IMG/VR virus record: IMGVR_UViG_3300042314_001037
DNA from: an uncultured virus (IMG/VR IMGVR_UViG_3300042314_001037)
Lineage: Duplodnaviria > Heunggongvirae > Uroviricota > Caudoviricetes
Strand: one strand, 5' to 3'
Length of the DNA: 20,000 bases
In this document: positions 1 to 8,394 of the stretch, one piece after another
How positions within the stretch are numbered: the first letter of the stretch is position 1
How the letters are laid out: each line of letters starts with the position of its first letter
Notes under the pieces: model-generated
The model's database searches: none
What the model saw: the letters and a program-made list of their open reading frames with translations, nothing else
What the model was told of the DNA's origin: nothing
Position numbers and translations under genes: made by a program

Positions 1-528
1 CATTCCTGTCTCTTCCCAAATCCCCTTGCCGGCTTCGTCGAGATTCTGCGACAGCAATGAAGGAATGTCACTGGCTAGTACCACATCAGTGTCAATTAAA
101 CTCTCACCGTCTGCTCCTTGTGGAGTACCCGGAAAGTTTTGTTTAACCTGGTCGTTAGATGCAACATTGTAAGCACCGGGATTAGCCACATATGCACTTG
201 TTTGTCTGTTAATGGCTGCTTGTGTTGCTGGAGCAATTACTACAGGAGGGACTACAAAGGATGCAAATGTTCCGGAGAACACATTTCCGCTGCCAGTAGC
301 AGGATGGCCACAGGTTGCCGCATCACCTTCTCTACATATTAGAATGCCGTTAGCATATACTGTACTACTAGATCCAGCCATTGTAGGGCTACTATGCGAA
401 CCACGACCGTGACCTGCTACTGCATCTCCTAGTCTTGCAATTGGTGAACCATTTACAAAAACATTAGAAGAACCTGCTGCGATTGTTCCGCCGGCAATAT
501 CGGCGCCTTGTCTCGATACTCCTGGCAT
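1..528 (-). CDS. PAAR-repeat spike-tip protein (T4 gp5.4-like) with long C-terminal extension; 3' end outside window
   Basis: Manual translation from ATG at 528, open to the window edge: MPGVSRQGADIAGGTIAAGSSNVFVNGSPIARLGDAVAGHGRGSHSSPTMAGSSSTVYANGILICREGDAATCGHPATGSGNVFSG, then a linker and ...DIPSLLSQNLDEAGKGIWEETGM. It has the PAAR-type NG.PIAR.GD and NG..ICREGD repeats with His/Cys candidate Zn ligands. Absent from the ORF track because there is no stop in the window. Confidence 0.9.
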   Translation of the reverse strand, partial: MPGVSRQGADIAGGTIAAGSSNVFVNGSPIARLGDAVAGHGRGSHSSPTMAGSSSTVYANGILICREGDAATCGHPATGSGNVFSGTFASFVVPPVVIAPATQAAINRQTSAYVANPGAYNVASNDQVKQNFPGTPQGADGESLIDTDVVLASDIPSLLSQNLDEAGKGIWEETGM

Positions 529-529
529 A

Positions 530-910
530 TTAAAAATCCTTGGGAATATTCTGTTTGATCTTTGCTATATAGTTGCCAAGATCATTTAGTGCTTTGCTAA
601 CTTCTTTGTCCGACGGCTGTTTATCACGAAAACTCAGCAGTTTGCCTTCTTCAATTAGACTTCTATATGAGGTGATGAATTGCACTAATTCATAAGGCCC
701 AATAATATGGATACCAGGGCCTTCGCCAAGCTCACGCAATTTTTGCTGATGACCTTCGATTTCCCCTAATGTACTAGCTAAGGTAGTTGTTTGGGCAGCA
801 ATTATGGCCAACGAATTCTTAATATCAGTTGAATTCGTTGCAATTGTTCCTAATGCTGTAGCAATATCGGCATAGTAACTACTGTAATCAATTGGGTCTC
901 CTGCGGCCAT
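530..910 (-). CDS. hypothetical protein with predicted coiled coil
   Basis: 126-aa ORF tightly packed between neighbours (1-3 nt gaps); heptad-like IATALGTIATNSTDIKNSLAII segment. Confidence 0.75.
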   Translation of the reverse strand: MAAGDPIDYSSYYADIATALGTIATNSTDIKNSLAIIAAQTTTLASTLGEIEGHQQKLRELGEGPGIHIIGPYELVQFITSYRSLIEEGKLLSFRDKQPSDKEVSKALNDLGNYIAKIKQNIPKDF

Positions 911-913
911 AGA

Positions 914-1231
914 TTAACCTTTGATAATACTACCAGCACTTACTGGCTGAATGCCTGTGGTCTGGAATACATACTGCTTGCCAACTTCCGGATCTGTTTC
1001 TGCCATGGTGATGATTGCACTTGAATTAAATGTCAACTTGGCATCCGGATGAACTGTCATCAGTACTGGAGACATTGCTGGTCCTTTCTGTGTCATGGCC
1101 AACATTAAAGGACGATCTAGAGTGATAGTTCCCATTGTGTCTTCCACAAATTTGCCCATGACTTCTTCTCCAGTAATCAATTTAACTGAGATGATATCAC
1201 CTGCTGCAAATTTTTGTTTATTAAATAACAT
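914..1231 (-). CDS. Sm/LSm-like beta-barrel protein (putative RNA-binding)
   Basis: IISVKLITGEEVMGKF resembles the Sm1 motif (V.L..G..h.G.h); beta-rich 105 aa; AGGA RBS upstream. Confidence 0.6.
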   Translation of the reverse strand: MLFNKQKFAAGDIISVKLITGEEVMGKFVEDTMGTITLDRPLMLAMTQKGPAMSPVLMTVHPDAKLTFNSSAIITMAETDPEVGKQYVFQTTGIQPVSAGSIIKG

Positions 1232-1245
1232 TTATATTTTCCTAA

Positions 1246-1494
1246 TTAGTATCCGCTACCGTTGAAACCAGTTTCATCGATATATTTTCTTAATTCTGTA
1301 AAGCCACCAATTACATTACCATTGATGATAATTTGTGGTACTGTTCTAGCAGTTGGTACAGCTTCTAACAATTCTTCTCGAGTGTAACCGTCACCAATTT
1401 TACGTTCTTCAAATTTAACACCTTGCTGTGTCAACAATGCTTTTGCTTGATCACAATAAGGGCAATGGTACTTGCTCCAAACTATTACTTCCAT
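1246..1494 (-). CDS. glutaredoxin (RNR reductant)
   Basis: CPYC active site, TVPQI cis-Pro motif, IGGF; adjacent to nrdB; AAGGA RBS. Confidence 0.95.
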   Translation of the reverse strand: MEVIVWSKYHCPYCDQAKALLTQQGVKFEERKIGDGYTREELLEAVPTARTVPQIIINGNVIGGFTELRKYIDETGFNGSGY

Positions 1495-1513
1495 GATGTG
1501 TCCTTTTAACTGT

Positions 1514-1543
1514 ATTATATAGCCGGCAATTCAGCATAGTCAA
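1514..1543 (-). promoter_or_regulatory. sigma70-like promoter for glutaredoxin, inside the nrdB 3' end
   Basis: Minus strand TTGACT-18 nt-TATAAT-ACAGT. Confidence 0.45.
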
Positions 1544-2615
1544 TATTTTCTCCCATGACGCCGATAACATAGTTTGTGCTTTCTGTTTCTTGTAGAGCAC
1601 TTTGTTTCTTGCTGGTATCTGTGTGCTTGTTGAACCACGGAATTGGAGTTGATTTTGGTGCGGCCTGAAGATACTTGATACCAATATCTTTTAATGCGCC
1701 CACTGCGGTATAATCTACAAAATCTTTTAGGATGTTGGCATTGAGTCCAATAACAGGACCTAACTTGAACAAATAGGTGGCCCATTCTTTTTCTTCACGA
1801 ATAACATCCATGTAAAGTTGATACACTTCTGCATGGCATTCTTCTCGAGCTTCGACAAATCGAGCATCCTCTTTGACCACTTGATTGATCATATAAGCAG
1901 TCCACCCTTTGTGTAAGAGTTCATCTTGCAAGATCAATTGAATGATGTTGCCATTACCCATAAAGATTTTATTCTCTACCATGGCCAAGCTGGTGGCAAA
2001 GCTAACCATAAAGCGGAACGCTTCTAGCGCATAGCTGGCATGTAGTGCCAACCAAACAGCCTTAACGTGTTCTTTCTCAGTAACCTCTTGTCCAAGTTCT
2101 TTACGGCAGTTAATAACGTGTAGCTTGTCATAGTAGTTGCCTACCGAACTGGCCATGTCTACAATTTCTCGAGTGTCATGGATGGTGTTGAACACATCCT
2201 TGGGTACATTGTAAATGTTACGAATAATATGGCTGTAACTCTTACTGTGAATATTTGTTTCAAAGAATCCCCAGTTGTACATAAGTGCTTCTACTTCAGG
2301 GAGACTACACACCGGAGTAAATACCTGTGTTGGTCCACGACCTTGCAAACTATCCAGTGCTGTTTGACGAAGTAGGTTGCTAGTGAAGATATGTTTGACA
2401 GCATCGCTGGCATCTTTAAAATCGTTCGAATCTTTAGTCAAACTAATCTCTTCTGGTTGCCAAAAGAATCCTCGGGCAGTTGAATCAAAGTCTGCAATCT
2501 TTTTATATTTTACTTCTTCAAAGCGTTGAATGGTCACTGGCCCTGCTGGATCCAGAAACATCTTGCGATTGAGATAGTCTGTTTTTGTGGTTAGGTTATA
2601 TTGTTGTTTGCTCAT
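1515..2615 (-). CDS. nrdB: ribonucleotide reductase class Ia beta subunit
   Basis: FFWQPEEI, QTALDSLQ, FETNIHSKSY (Fe ligands plus radical Tyr), LEAFRFMVSF, DELLH, C-terminal QETE..Y; ATGA overlap with nrdA stop. Confidence 0.97.
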   Translation of the reverse strand: MSKQQYNLTTKTDYLNRKMFLDPAGPVTIQRFEEVKYKKIADFDSTARGFFWQPEEISLTKDSNDFKDASDAVKHIFTSNLLRQTALDSLQGRGPTQVFTPVCSLPEVEALMYNWGFFETNIHSKSYSHIIRNIYNVPKDVFNTIHDTREIVDMASSVGNYYDKLHVINCRKELGQEVTEKEHVKAVWLALHASYALEAFRFMVSFATSLAMVENKIFMGNGNIIQLILQDELLHKGWTAYMINQVVKEDARFVEAREECHAEVYQLYMDVIREEKEWATYLFKLGPVIGLNANILKDFVDYTAVGALKDIGIKYLQAAPKSTPIPWFNKHTDTSKKQSALQETESTNYVIGVMGENIDYAELPAI

Positions 2616-4945
2616 AATTTACATGCCTCGCAGTCTTCGTCTTCGATTACTTCTCTTTCGTTATGGAACCCGTTGTAGTGTACTTCGGGAGTTGCTTCGG
2701 CCATTGCTTTGCTACCTGCCTTATTAATCAGGCTGTAGTAGAATGTTTTCAATCCCCACATGTGCGCCTGCATCAAATTTTTAGCAATCAATGTAGTAGG
2801 CACTTTACGATCTGCCCAGTGTGCTGGATTGTAGAATGTGTTAGTTGAAATTGATTGATCAACATAGGCAGCAAGAACTGCGGCTGTTTTCAAATAGCCA
2901 TCACAGTCTTTCTGTTCCCACATCATTTGATATTTGTTTTTTAGTTTATGGTATTCAGGAACAACCTGTACAAATGATCCTGCCTTTGATTCTTTAACTG
3001 ATATTAGGCTCATGGGCATTTCAATGCCATTGGTTGAGTTAATAACAACACTTGAACTTTCAACAGGGGCAATGGCCATCAATGTGGCATTACGCACACC
3101 GTACTGCTTCATATTACCACGTAGTGTTTCCCAATCAAGTTCAGGAGCGAAGTCTGCCAGTTCATTAACACCCTTGGCACGAAGTTCCCAGGGAAAGACG
3201 CCTTGTCCATATCTAGTTTTATGACTCTCTGTACACGGGCCACGTTCTTTGGCTAATTCAACTGTGGCTTCTGTTAAGTAGAACGCTTGGTGCTCCATCC
3301 AGGTTTTAACATCCTGTAGTGCATCTTTCTCGCCATACTTGAGTCCACGCTTGGCATGCCAGTAGGCAAGATTTGTAACACCAATACCTAGTGGTTGTAT
3401 CTCGTCGTTACTAAGTTTACTCTGTATCGACAAGAAATCTTGATAGTCAAGAATGTTACACAGGCTACGCTGTAGAATCCTACAGGCTCTACGCATATCC
3501 TCTGGATTGCGGAACGATCCCCAGTTGATAGATCCCAGTGTACATAACGCTATGCGTCCACTATCGTCGTCTAATCGCTTAAATGAACGTGTGGGTAATA
3601 GGATCTCACAGCACAAGTTACTTTGATAAATCGTATGGTACTCAGGATCAAAAGGTCCTTGGTTCATGACATTATCAATGAATACGAGATATATTCGACC
3701 CGTGTCTGTGCGCTCTTTTAGTATACCACTCTTGAACACTTCTTCGGCACTCATCGTTTTCTTACGGAGGCCTTTTTGTTTTTCGTACTTGACATAGAGT
3801 TCTTCAAACAACTCAGTGTCTTTGTAAAACGCTTCGTATAGGTCAGGTACTTCGTTGGGATCAAAGAAGGTTATGTCTTCTTTGTTTTTGAATCGTCTCC
3901 AGAAGAAGGCACTAAGCACAACCCCATAATCCATATGACGGACTCGGGTTTCTTCTGTTCCTTGGTTGTTCTTAAGAACAATAAGATCATCAAACTGATG
4001 ATGCCAAATAGGATAAAAAACAGTAGCACTTGCATTACGAATACCTCCTTGACTGCAACTACGCAGGTCACCAAACCACTTCTTCAAGAAGGGTATCATA
4101 CCTGTGTGCATAATCTCACCACCACGGATGGGACTGCCTAATGGACGTAGTCGTCCAATTTCTAAACCAATGCCTGCACGTTTGCTGGCATACTTGGCCA
4201 TCATTTCACCTGAAGCAAAAATACTATCCAAGTCATCATCACTGCGAATAAGTACGCACGAACTGAATTGTTTAGTAGGGGTACCGAGACCAGCAAGGAC
4301 AGGAGTAGCAAGAGTAAATAGACCATCGGAGGCTGCATTGTAGTATTCCTTGATATAACGCATACGTGATGCATTAGGTTCTTCTTTATGAAAAACAGTA
4401 GCGGCTGCAACCATATATCTAATTTGTGGAGTTTCGTATGTTTGTTTTGTACTACGATTTTTAACTAGATACTTTTCTATCAATTGCTCAATGGCAGCAT
4501 ATGAATATGTTTCATCCTTTTCATGATCCAACATGTCATTCATCTTGTTCCAGTCATCTTCTGTGTACCACACAAGTAGGTCTGGCGTGTACAGACCGGT
4601 GGCCACATTTGTCTTGACTATTTCATATAGACTAGGGGGAGTGTAGCTACCGTAAACATCTTTACGCAACATGCTAACTCGCTGTTTGCCTGCTACATAC
4701 TGATAATTGGTATGACCAACGTCGGGATTGTTTTCAACGTCTATGAGATCCACAATGGCTCTTAGAGTGATTTCATCTACTTCTCTTGTGGTTATGCCGT
4801 CATAAAAATGTGGCTGTGCTTTGATCTCGATCATGCTTTGGCTAACATCTGCAATACCGCTACATACTTTTGCCACCTGTGCCTGCCATTTCTCAATGGT
4901 GAGTGGCTCTCGATCACCATTTCTTTTGATTACTGTTATTTCCAT
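2612..4945 (-). CDS. nrdA: ribonucleotide reductase class Ia alpha subunit with N-terminal ATP cone
   Basis: VIKRNG ATP cone, TPVLAG, QFSSC, QSNLCCEI (catalytic N-C-E), LGIG, APVESSS, KTFYY, C-terminal CEAC; 777 aa, uninterrupted. Confidence 0.98.
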   Translation of the reverse strand: MEITVIKRNGDREPLTIEKWQAQVAKVCSGIADVSQSMIEIKAQPHFYDGITTREVDEITLRAIVDLIDVENNPDVGHTNYQYVAGKQRVSMLRKDVYGSYTPPSLYEIVKTNVATGLYTPDLLVWYTEDDWNKMNDMLDHEKDETYSYAAIEQLIEKYLVKNRSTKQTYETPQIRYMVAAATVFHKEEPNASRMRYIKEYYNAASDGLFTLATPVLAGLGTPTKQFSSCVLIRSDDDLDSIFASGEMMAKYASKRAGIGLEIGRLRPLGSPIRGGEIMHTGMIPFLKKWFGDLRSCSQGGIRNASATVFYPIWHHQFDDLIVLKNNQGTEETRVRHMDYGVVLSAFFWRRFKNKEDITFFDPNEVPDLYEAFYKDTELFEELYVKYEKQKGLRKKTMSAEEVFKSGILKERTDTGRIYLVFIDNVMNQGPFDPEYHTIYQSNLCCEILLPTRSFKRLDDDSGRIALCTLGSINWGSFRNPEDMRRACRILQRSLCNILDYQDFLSIQSKLSNDEIQPLGIGVTNLAYWHAKRGLKYGEKDALQDVKTWMEHQAFYLTEATVELAKERGPCTESHKTRYGQGVFPWELRAKGVNELADFAPELDWETLRGNMKQYGVRNATLMAIAPVESSSVVINSTNGIEMPMSLISVKESKAGSFVQVVPEYHKLKNKYQMMWEQKDCDGYLKTAAVLAAYVDQSISTNTFYNPAHWADRKVPTTLIAKNLMQAHMWGLKTFYYSLINKAGSKAMAEATPEVHYNGFHNEREVIEDEDCEACKL

Positions 4946-4958
4946 CTATGTCTCTACT

Positions 4959-5393
4959 TTATTTGATATTTATTGGTAATGCCGAACTGGACCACACGAT
5001 GTCGGTTTTGATTTCTTGTAACACATTAAGATCATGAGCTATCCTTGGTTCGTAGTTTAACACAGCGTTATCTGCTACTAGAAAGAATTTTGAATCGTGA
5101 TCTTTGGGGAGCATAGACTTATGTATCTCACAAACGGTATCCATAAACCGCTGTGTTAATTTAATAGTATACAGCATGCCGAGACAAATAGCAAGATCAT
5201 CTAGCTTGCCGTCGATAACCAAATGCCAAGGGTCAGGCCAAGTGTTTGGTTGTTGGGGGTCTAAGAAAGGATTGACAAACGGAGCATGGCTCCAGAGTTC
5301 AGCAACATCACTTAATGGAGTGGCGCTGACTTCTAAACTATCTCTGAACTGCTTCCATTTAAATAATCTTTCGTTTCCGTAAAGATCAAACAC
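4959..5393 (-). CDS. conserved phage hypothetical protein, possibly degenerate transglutaminase-like (BTLCP) fold
   Basis: Start re-called at GTG 5393 (GTGTTTGA overlap with upstream stop), 144 aa. WPDPWHLV..GKLDDLAICLGMLYTI resembles the BTLCP W.TP....G.GDCEDYAI...YT pattern but lacks the catalytic Cys. Confidence 0.65.
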   Translation of the reverse strand: MFDLYGNERLFKWKQFRDSLEVSATPLSDVAELWSHAPFVNPFLDPQQPNTWPDPWHLVIDGKLDDLAICLGMLYTIKLTQRFMDTVCEIHKSMLPKDHDSKFFLVADNAVLNYEPRIAHDLNVLQEIKTDIVWSSSALPINIK

Positions 5394-6978
5394 CGTACGA
5401 TATTGAATATGATATCGTTCCAGTTTGACCGGAAGACAGCGGATTTCGATATGACAACAACAGTGTTTCAATTCCACTGTCGCCATCGTTGTCTTTTAAT
5501 TCTACATTAAAAACAAAATCTGTCATAAGAATCCCCTCTGGTGTAGATGAACTGGGTGATGAATACACGTAGTTGTCGGAGAATGTAAATTCGCCTACTG
5601 ACTCAGTGACCATTACCACTATTTGTCCTGCTCGTGAATGATCGCCTAACTGTAAAACATAATCTATGTAGGTATATCTGTTGAATGCTGCAAATACTGA
5701 CAGTGGTTTAAAACCGTCTGATAGATAGATTATTTCATAATTCATATCTATCAAACTGACCCTGGAGGCGTTTTCAACTTCTGTTATTGCAGGTCTAGTA
5801 CTCACTGCGGTGAATCCTGCTGCTTGATGTCTGTTGCTGGTGCTGTCAATCACAGTATTGCCATTTTTCTCTCCAAACTTGACGATACTGGATGTTGGCG
5901 TGGCTGCGTTGTTGGTGTTGTTGCCGCAGTTGATGAATCTGGAACGTTGTATAACTGTGCCTGTACCATTGTCAGATATAAAGGCGTGTGCGGCAATTTC
6001 TTCAAACTCACAGTCAAAGACACGCCATAGGTTTCCTTGGCCGGGTACACCGTTAATCACTATTGCGGTGTTGCAGACAAAAAATCTACAGCCGTCAAAT
6101 TTCACGCTGGTATCAAAACTTGGCGGAGCACTGGAATCTATGGTAATCTGATCAGATCTCACGGCCAACGGAGTTGATTGCCACACACAGTCTTTGAGCG
6201 TGATGTTGGTTACTTTAGTACCATCAAGACTGTTTTCCCAGTACAATGATGGATTGGAGTTTTGAATATCACCAACGATAGGGTCTCCCAACACATAGCC
6301 GCTGGTCCATTTTACATTGGTGAACGCACTATCTGCTACTCCGGTTAATACCGTTTGACCTTGATTGTGATCAATTGTTAAATTACTGATATTGACATCG
6401 GTTGGTCTATTGCCACTGGTGAATTCTGCAACTTCTTGACCGTTAGCTGTGACAAATAAAATACTGTTGTTGCCTATCTGCAGAATAGCACCGTCTCTGG
6501 TTTCGCCTTGTATCTTTGCCGTGCTAGGAATTTTTAAGTTGCTGCTGAAAAAATATGTGCCGTTGGGGATCAGCAGAGTTTTTTTGAATCTAGGATCTAT
6601 GTTTCTAAACAATTCATTCAAGGCATTTTGAAAAAATGGCACACAGTCTGTGCTGCCATCCGGTATGGCTCCAAAATCCAACACACTGACATATTCATCT
6701 AATTTGGTCTGAAGTGACCTGGCAACACTTTGCGCTATAGAAGGTTCAGATTCACTGAATCTATAACTGGCTGCAAGTTCTAATATGTTATCATGCTCGG
6801 TGAGCACTTTGGTATTGCCAACATAAGGGGCACCGTCAGCCACGCTGCCGTTACCTATGAACAGTTCCTGGGAATCTACTGCCCATGCAAATTCTGCCGC
6901 GCTCAGTTGAGGAACACCGATTCCTGCATTTTTAAGGCCTCTTCTGACCTGGATTTTTGATATCTGGACAACAGCCAT
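5386..6978 (-). CDS. tail fibre/tailspike-like protein: Mtd_N-like N-terminus plus pectate-lyase-like beta-helix
   Basis: QISKIQVRRG...PQL..AEFAWAVDSQELFIGNG N-terminal module; VSVLDFGAIPDGSTD..FQNA and LLIPNGTY (pectate_lyase_3-type entry); Asn/Cys-rich beta-helix rungs; TAAATA motif upstream (about 7003-7008). Confidence 0.8.
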   Translation of the reverse strand: MAVVQISKIQVRRGLKNAGIGVPQLSAAEFAWAVDSQELFIGNGSVADGAPYVGNTKVLTEHDNILELAASYRFSESEPSIAQSVARSLQTKLDEYVSVLDFGAIPDGSTDCVPFFQNALNELFRNIDPRFKKTLLIPNGTYFFSSNLKIPSTAKIQGETRDGAILQIGNNSILFVTANGQEVAEFTSGNRPTDVNISNLTIDHNQGQTVLTGVADSAFTNVKWTSGYVLGDPIVGDIQNSNPSLYWENSLDGTKVTNITLKDCVWQSTPLAVRSDQITIDSSAPPSFDTSVKFDGCRFFVCNTAIVINGVPGQGNLWRVFDCEFEEIAAHAFISDNGTGTVIQRSRFINCGNNTNNAATPTSSIVKFGEKNGNTVIDSTSNRHQAAGFTAVSTRPAITEVENASRVSLIDMNYEIIYLSDGFKPLSVFAAFNRYTYIDYVLQLGDHSRAGQIVVMVTESVGEFTFSDNYVYSSPSSSTPEGILMTDFVFNVELKDNDGDSGIETLLLSYRNPLSSGQTGTISYSISYGV

Positions 6979-7004
6979 AGTAGTAAATTCCCGTTATAGA
7001 GTAT

Positions 7005-7700
7005 TTATCTTCCTAGACTGTAGTATTCCTCTACCTTGTTTAACCAAGCGTCCTGCCATTTGTTGAAGTCTGCAGGCTCTAGAGTAAACTGTTGATATTC
7101 AAAAGCACGACTGCACATAAAGATAACACCCTTGCGAATATCTGTGCCGTAGACTTCATTATGTGCTAGTATATAGGCCATCAGTTGTAGATAGTAATCT
7201 TCCACCCACTCTGCTTTCTTGGGCTTGTTGGTCTGCTTGTAATCCATTACCGCAGGCTCGCCTTCGTGTATGCCCACTAGGTCAGTGGTGCCCGAGAATA
7301 GACCGGGAAAGTACAGGCTCTGTTCCATGGCCCATATTTCGTTTACCTTGCTTAGTCCGTTTTCAATAATCACATCAGCCATTTTATTGGCCTGTATGTG
7401 TACAGGATTATTTCCAGGTTGACGTTGCATGCCGCACACAAAACGTTCTAGATTGCCGTGCATGGCTGTGCCTACACCTGCGGCTTCTGTGGTAATTTGT
7501 TGTGCCTTGGCATGCCCAATTCTATCACGCCATTCATTCAAATGGGTCATGTCTTTAGTAGCACCAAGTATAGTGGTCACTGATGGAAGGCTTTCGCCGT
7601 CCGGAGTAAGATATACTCGCTTGCGAGTAATTGGATCGTTGACCTGTTGACAGGGCTTATATTGAAATTTTTCTACAAAGGGAGGTGGAGATATAGTCAT
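7005..7700 (-). CDS. PD-(D/E)XK exonuclease (MGME1/phage exonuclease-like)
   Basis: LPSVTTIL, GTAMH, E-QSLY, GTTDLVG, VMDYKQ, YYLQLMAY motifs of RecB/AddB-type nuclease domain. Confidence 0.88.
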   Translation of the reverse strand: MTISPPPFVEKFQYKPCQQVNDPITRKRVYLTPDGESLPSVTTILGATKDMTHLNEWRDRIGHAKAQQITTEAAGVGTAMHGNLERFVCGMQRQPGNNPVHIQANKMADVIIENGLSKVNEIWAMEQSLYFPGLFSGTTDLVGIHEGEPAVMDYKQTNKPKKAEWVEDYYLQLMAYILAHNEVYGTDIRKGVIFMCSRAFEYQQFTLEPADFNKWQDAWLNKVEEYYSLGR

Positions 7701-7707
7701 ACTGTAT

Positions 7708-7736
7708 ATATTACAGGAAAACTACGGGGACGTCAA
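7708..7736 (-). promoter_or_regulatory. sigma70-like promoter, probably leaderless, for the exonuclease
   Basis: Minus strand TTGACG-17 nt-TAATAT-ATACAGT-ATG(7700); no SD. Confidence 0.55.
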
Positions 7737-8119
7737 GTCTGGGGTGTTGCTTGTGATTGTGCCAATTGTCCGGCCGCTGCTGATGCTGCTGTTTGGTCTA
7801 CTGCTGTTTGACTATCTTCTGGGGATTTGGTTCCGTCACCTTTTGGCTCTTCGTCTGGTGCACCTGGTACGTTTAGTTCAATGCCGTCAGCGTTAAAATT
7901 CTTAACCATCTGCTGAATAGTTGGTATTGAATCGTACATGGCCTTGAATGTTTCGTAGTCTGCTGTTAGTTCAAATCCATTTGTGGCTAGAACTTTGTTG
8001 AGTCCATTCCAATTTAATTTAGCAGGCGCCTTCTTACTGGCGGCACGACCAATGTAATTACGAAGAACCATAACGAATCGATCACCTTCATCATCGCCGC
8101 TAAATTCAAAAAATCTCAT
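7733..8119 (-). CDS. hypothetical protein, putative head-associated
   Basis: 128 aa; N-terminal MRFFEF; ATGA-type coupling to the upstream gene. Confidence 0.75.
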   Translation of the reverse strand: MRFFEFSGDDEGDRFVMVLRNYIGRAASKKAPAKLNWNGLNKVLATNGFELTADYETFKAMYDSIPTIQQMVKNFNADGIELNVPGAPDEEPKGDGTKSPEDSQTAVDQTAASAAAGQLAQSQATPQT

Positions 8120-8394
8120 TTTATAGCCGCCAACTGTTTTTGTAATTCAGCAAGTTCTTCTTGCTTTGATTTTATTTGATCTTGAATTTGTTTTTTTTGA
8201 TTGGCGCGATCCAACGCCTGCTGTGCCATCATCTTTTGTTGCATCTGCGGATCTTGAGCAGGAGCAGCAGTAGGTGCAGGACCTGCTGCTGGTGCAGCAC
8301 CTAACGGCGCTCCAGGGGTGCCAGGAGCAACCGTTGGGGCAAGTTCTCTAATTTTTAAGAAGTCGCCCTCGTTGGTGATGTCAAAAAATTTCAT
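8116..8394 (-). CDS. hypothetical protein, Pro/Ala linker plus Gln-rich coiled coil
   Basis: 92 aa; MKFFDITNE start; 4-nt overlaps on both sides. Confidence 0.75.
   Translation of the reverse strand: MKFFDITNEGDFLKIRELAPTVAPGTPGAPLGAAPAAGPAPTAAPAQDPQMQQKMMAQQALDRANQKKQIQDQIKSKQEELAELQKQLAAIK

Noticed and set aside
118..412. Plus-strand ORFs 118-342 and 212-412
   Set aside because: Antisense shadows of the PAAR gene, which has clear motifs on the minus strand
1515..4945. Introns, inteins or unusual RNR subclass
   Set aside because: Both genes are continuous, of normal length, with canonical class Ia residues
5394..5486. N-terminal extensions of track ORFs (also 12927-12956 and 15088-15123)
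   Set aside because: They overlap upstream genes or UTRs; downstream starts have stop-start coupling or a proper RBS
5386..6978. Diversity-generating retroelement target (Mtd-like N-terminus)
   Set aside because: No reverse transcriptase, no TR/VR repeat pair and no CLec-type C-terminus visible in the window
7005..7700. Cas4 / CRISPR association of the nuclease
   Set aside because: Lacks the four-Cys Fe-S cluster pattern; no repeat-spacer array or other cas genes seen
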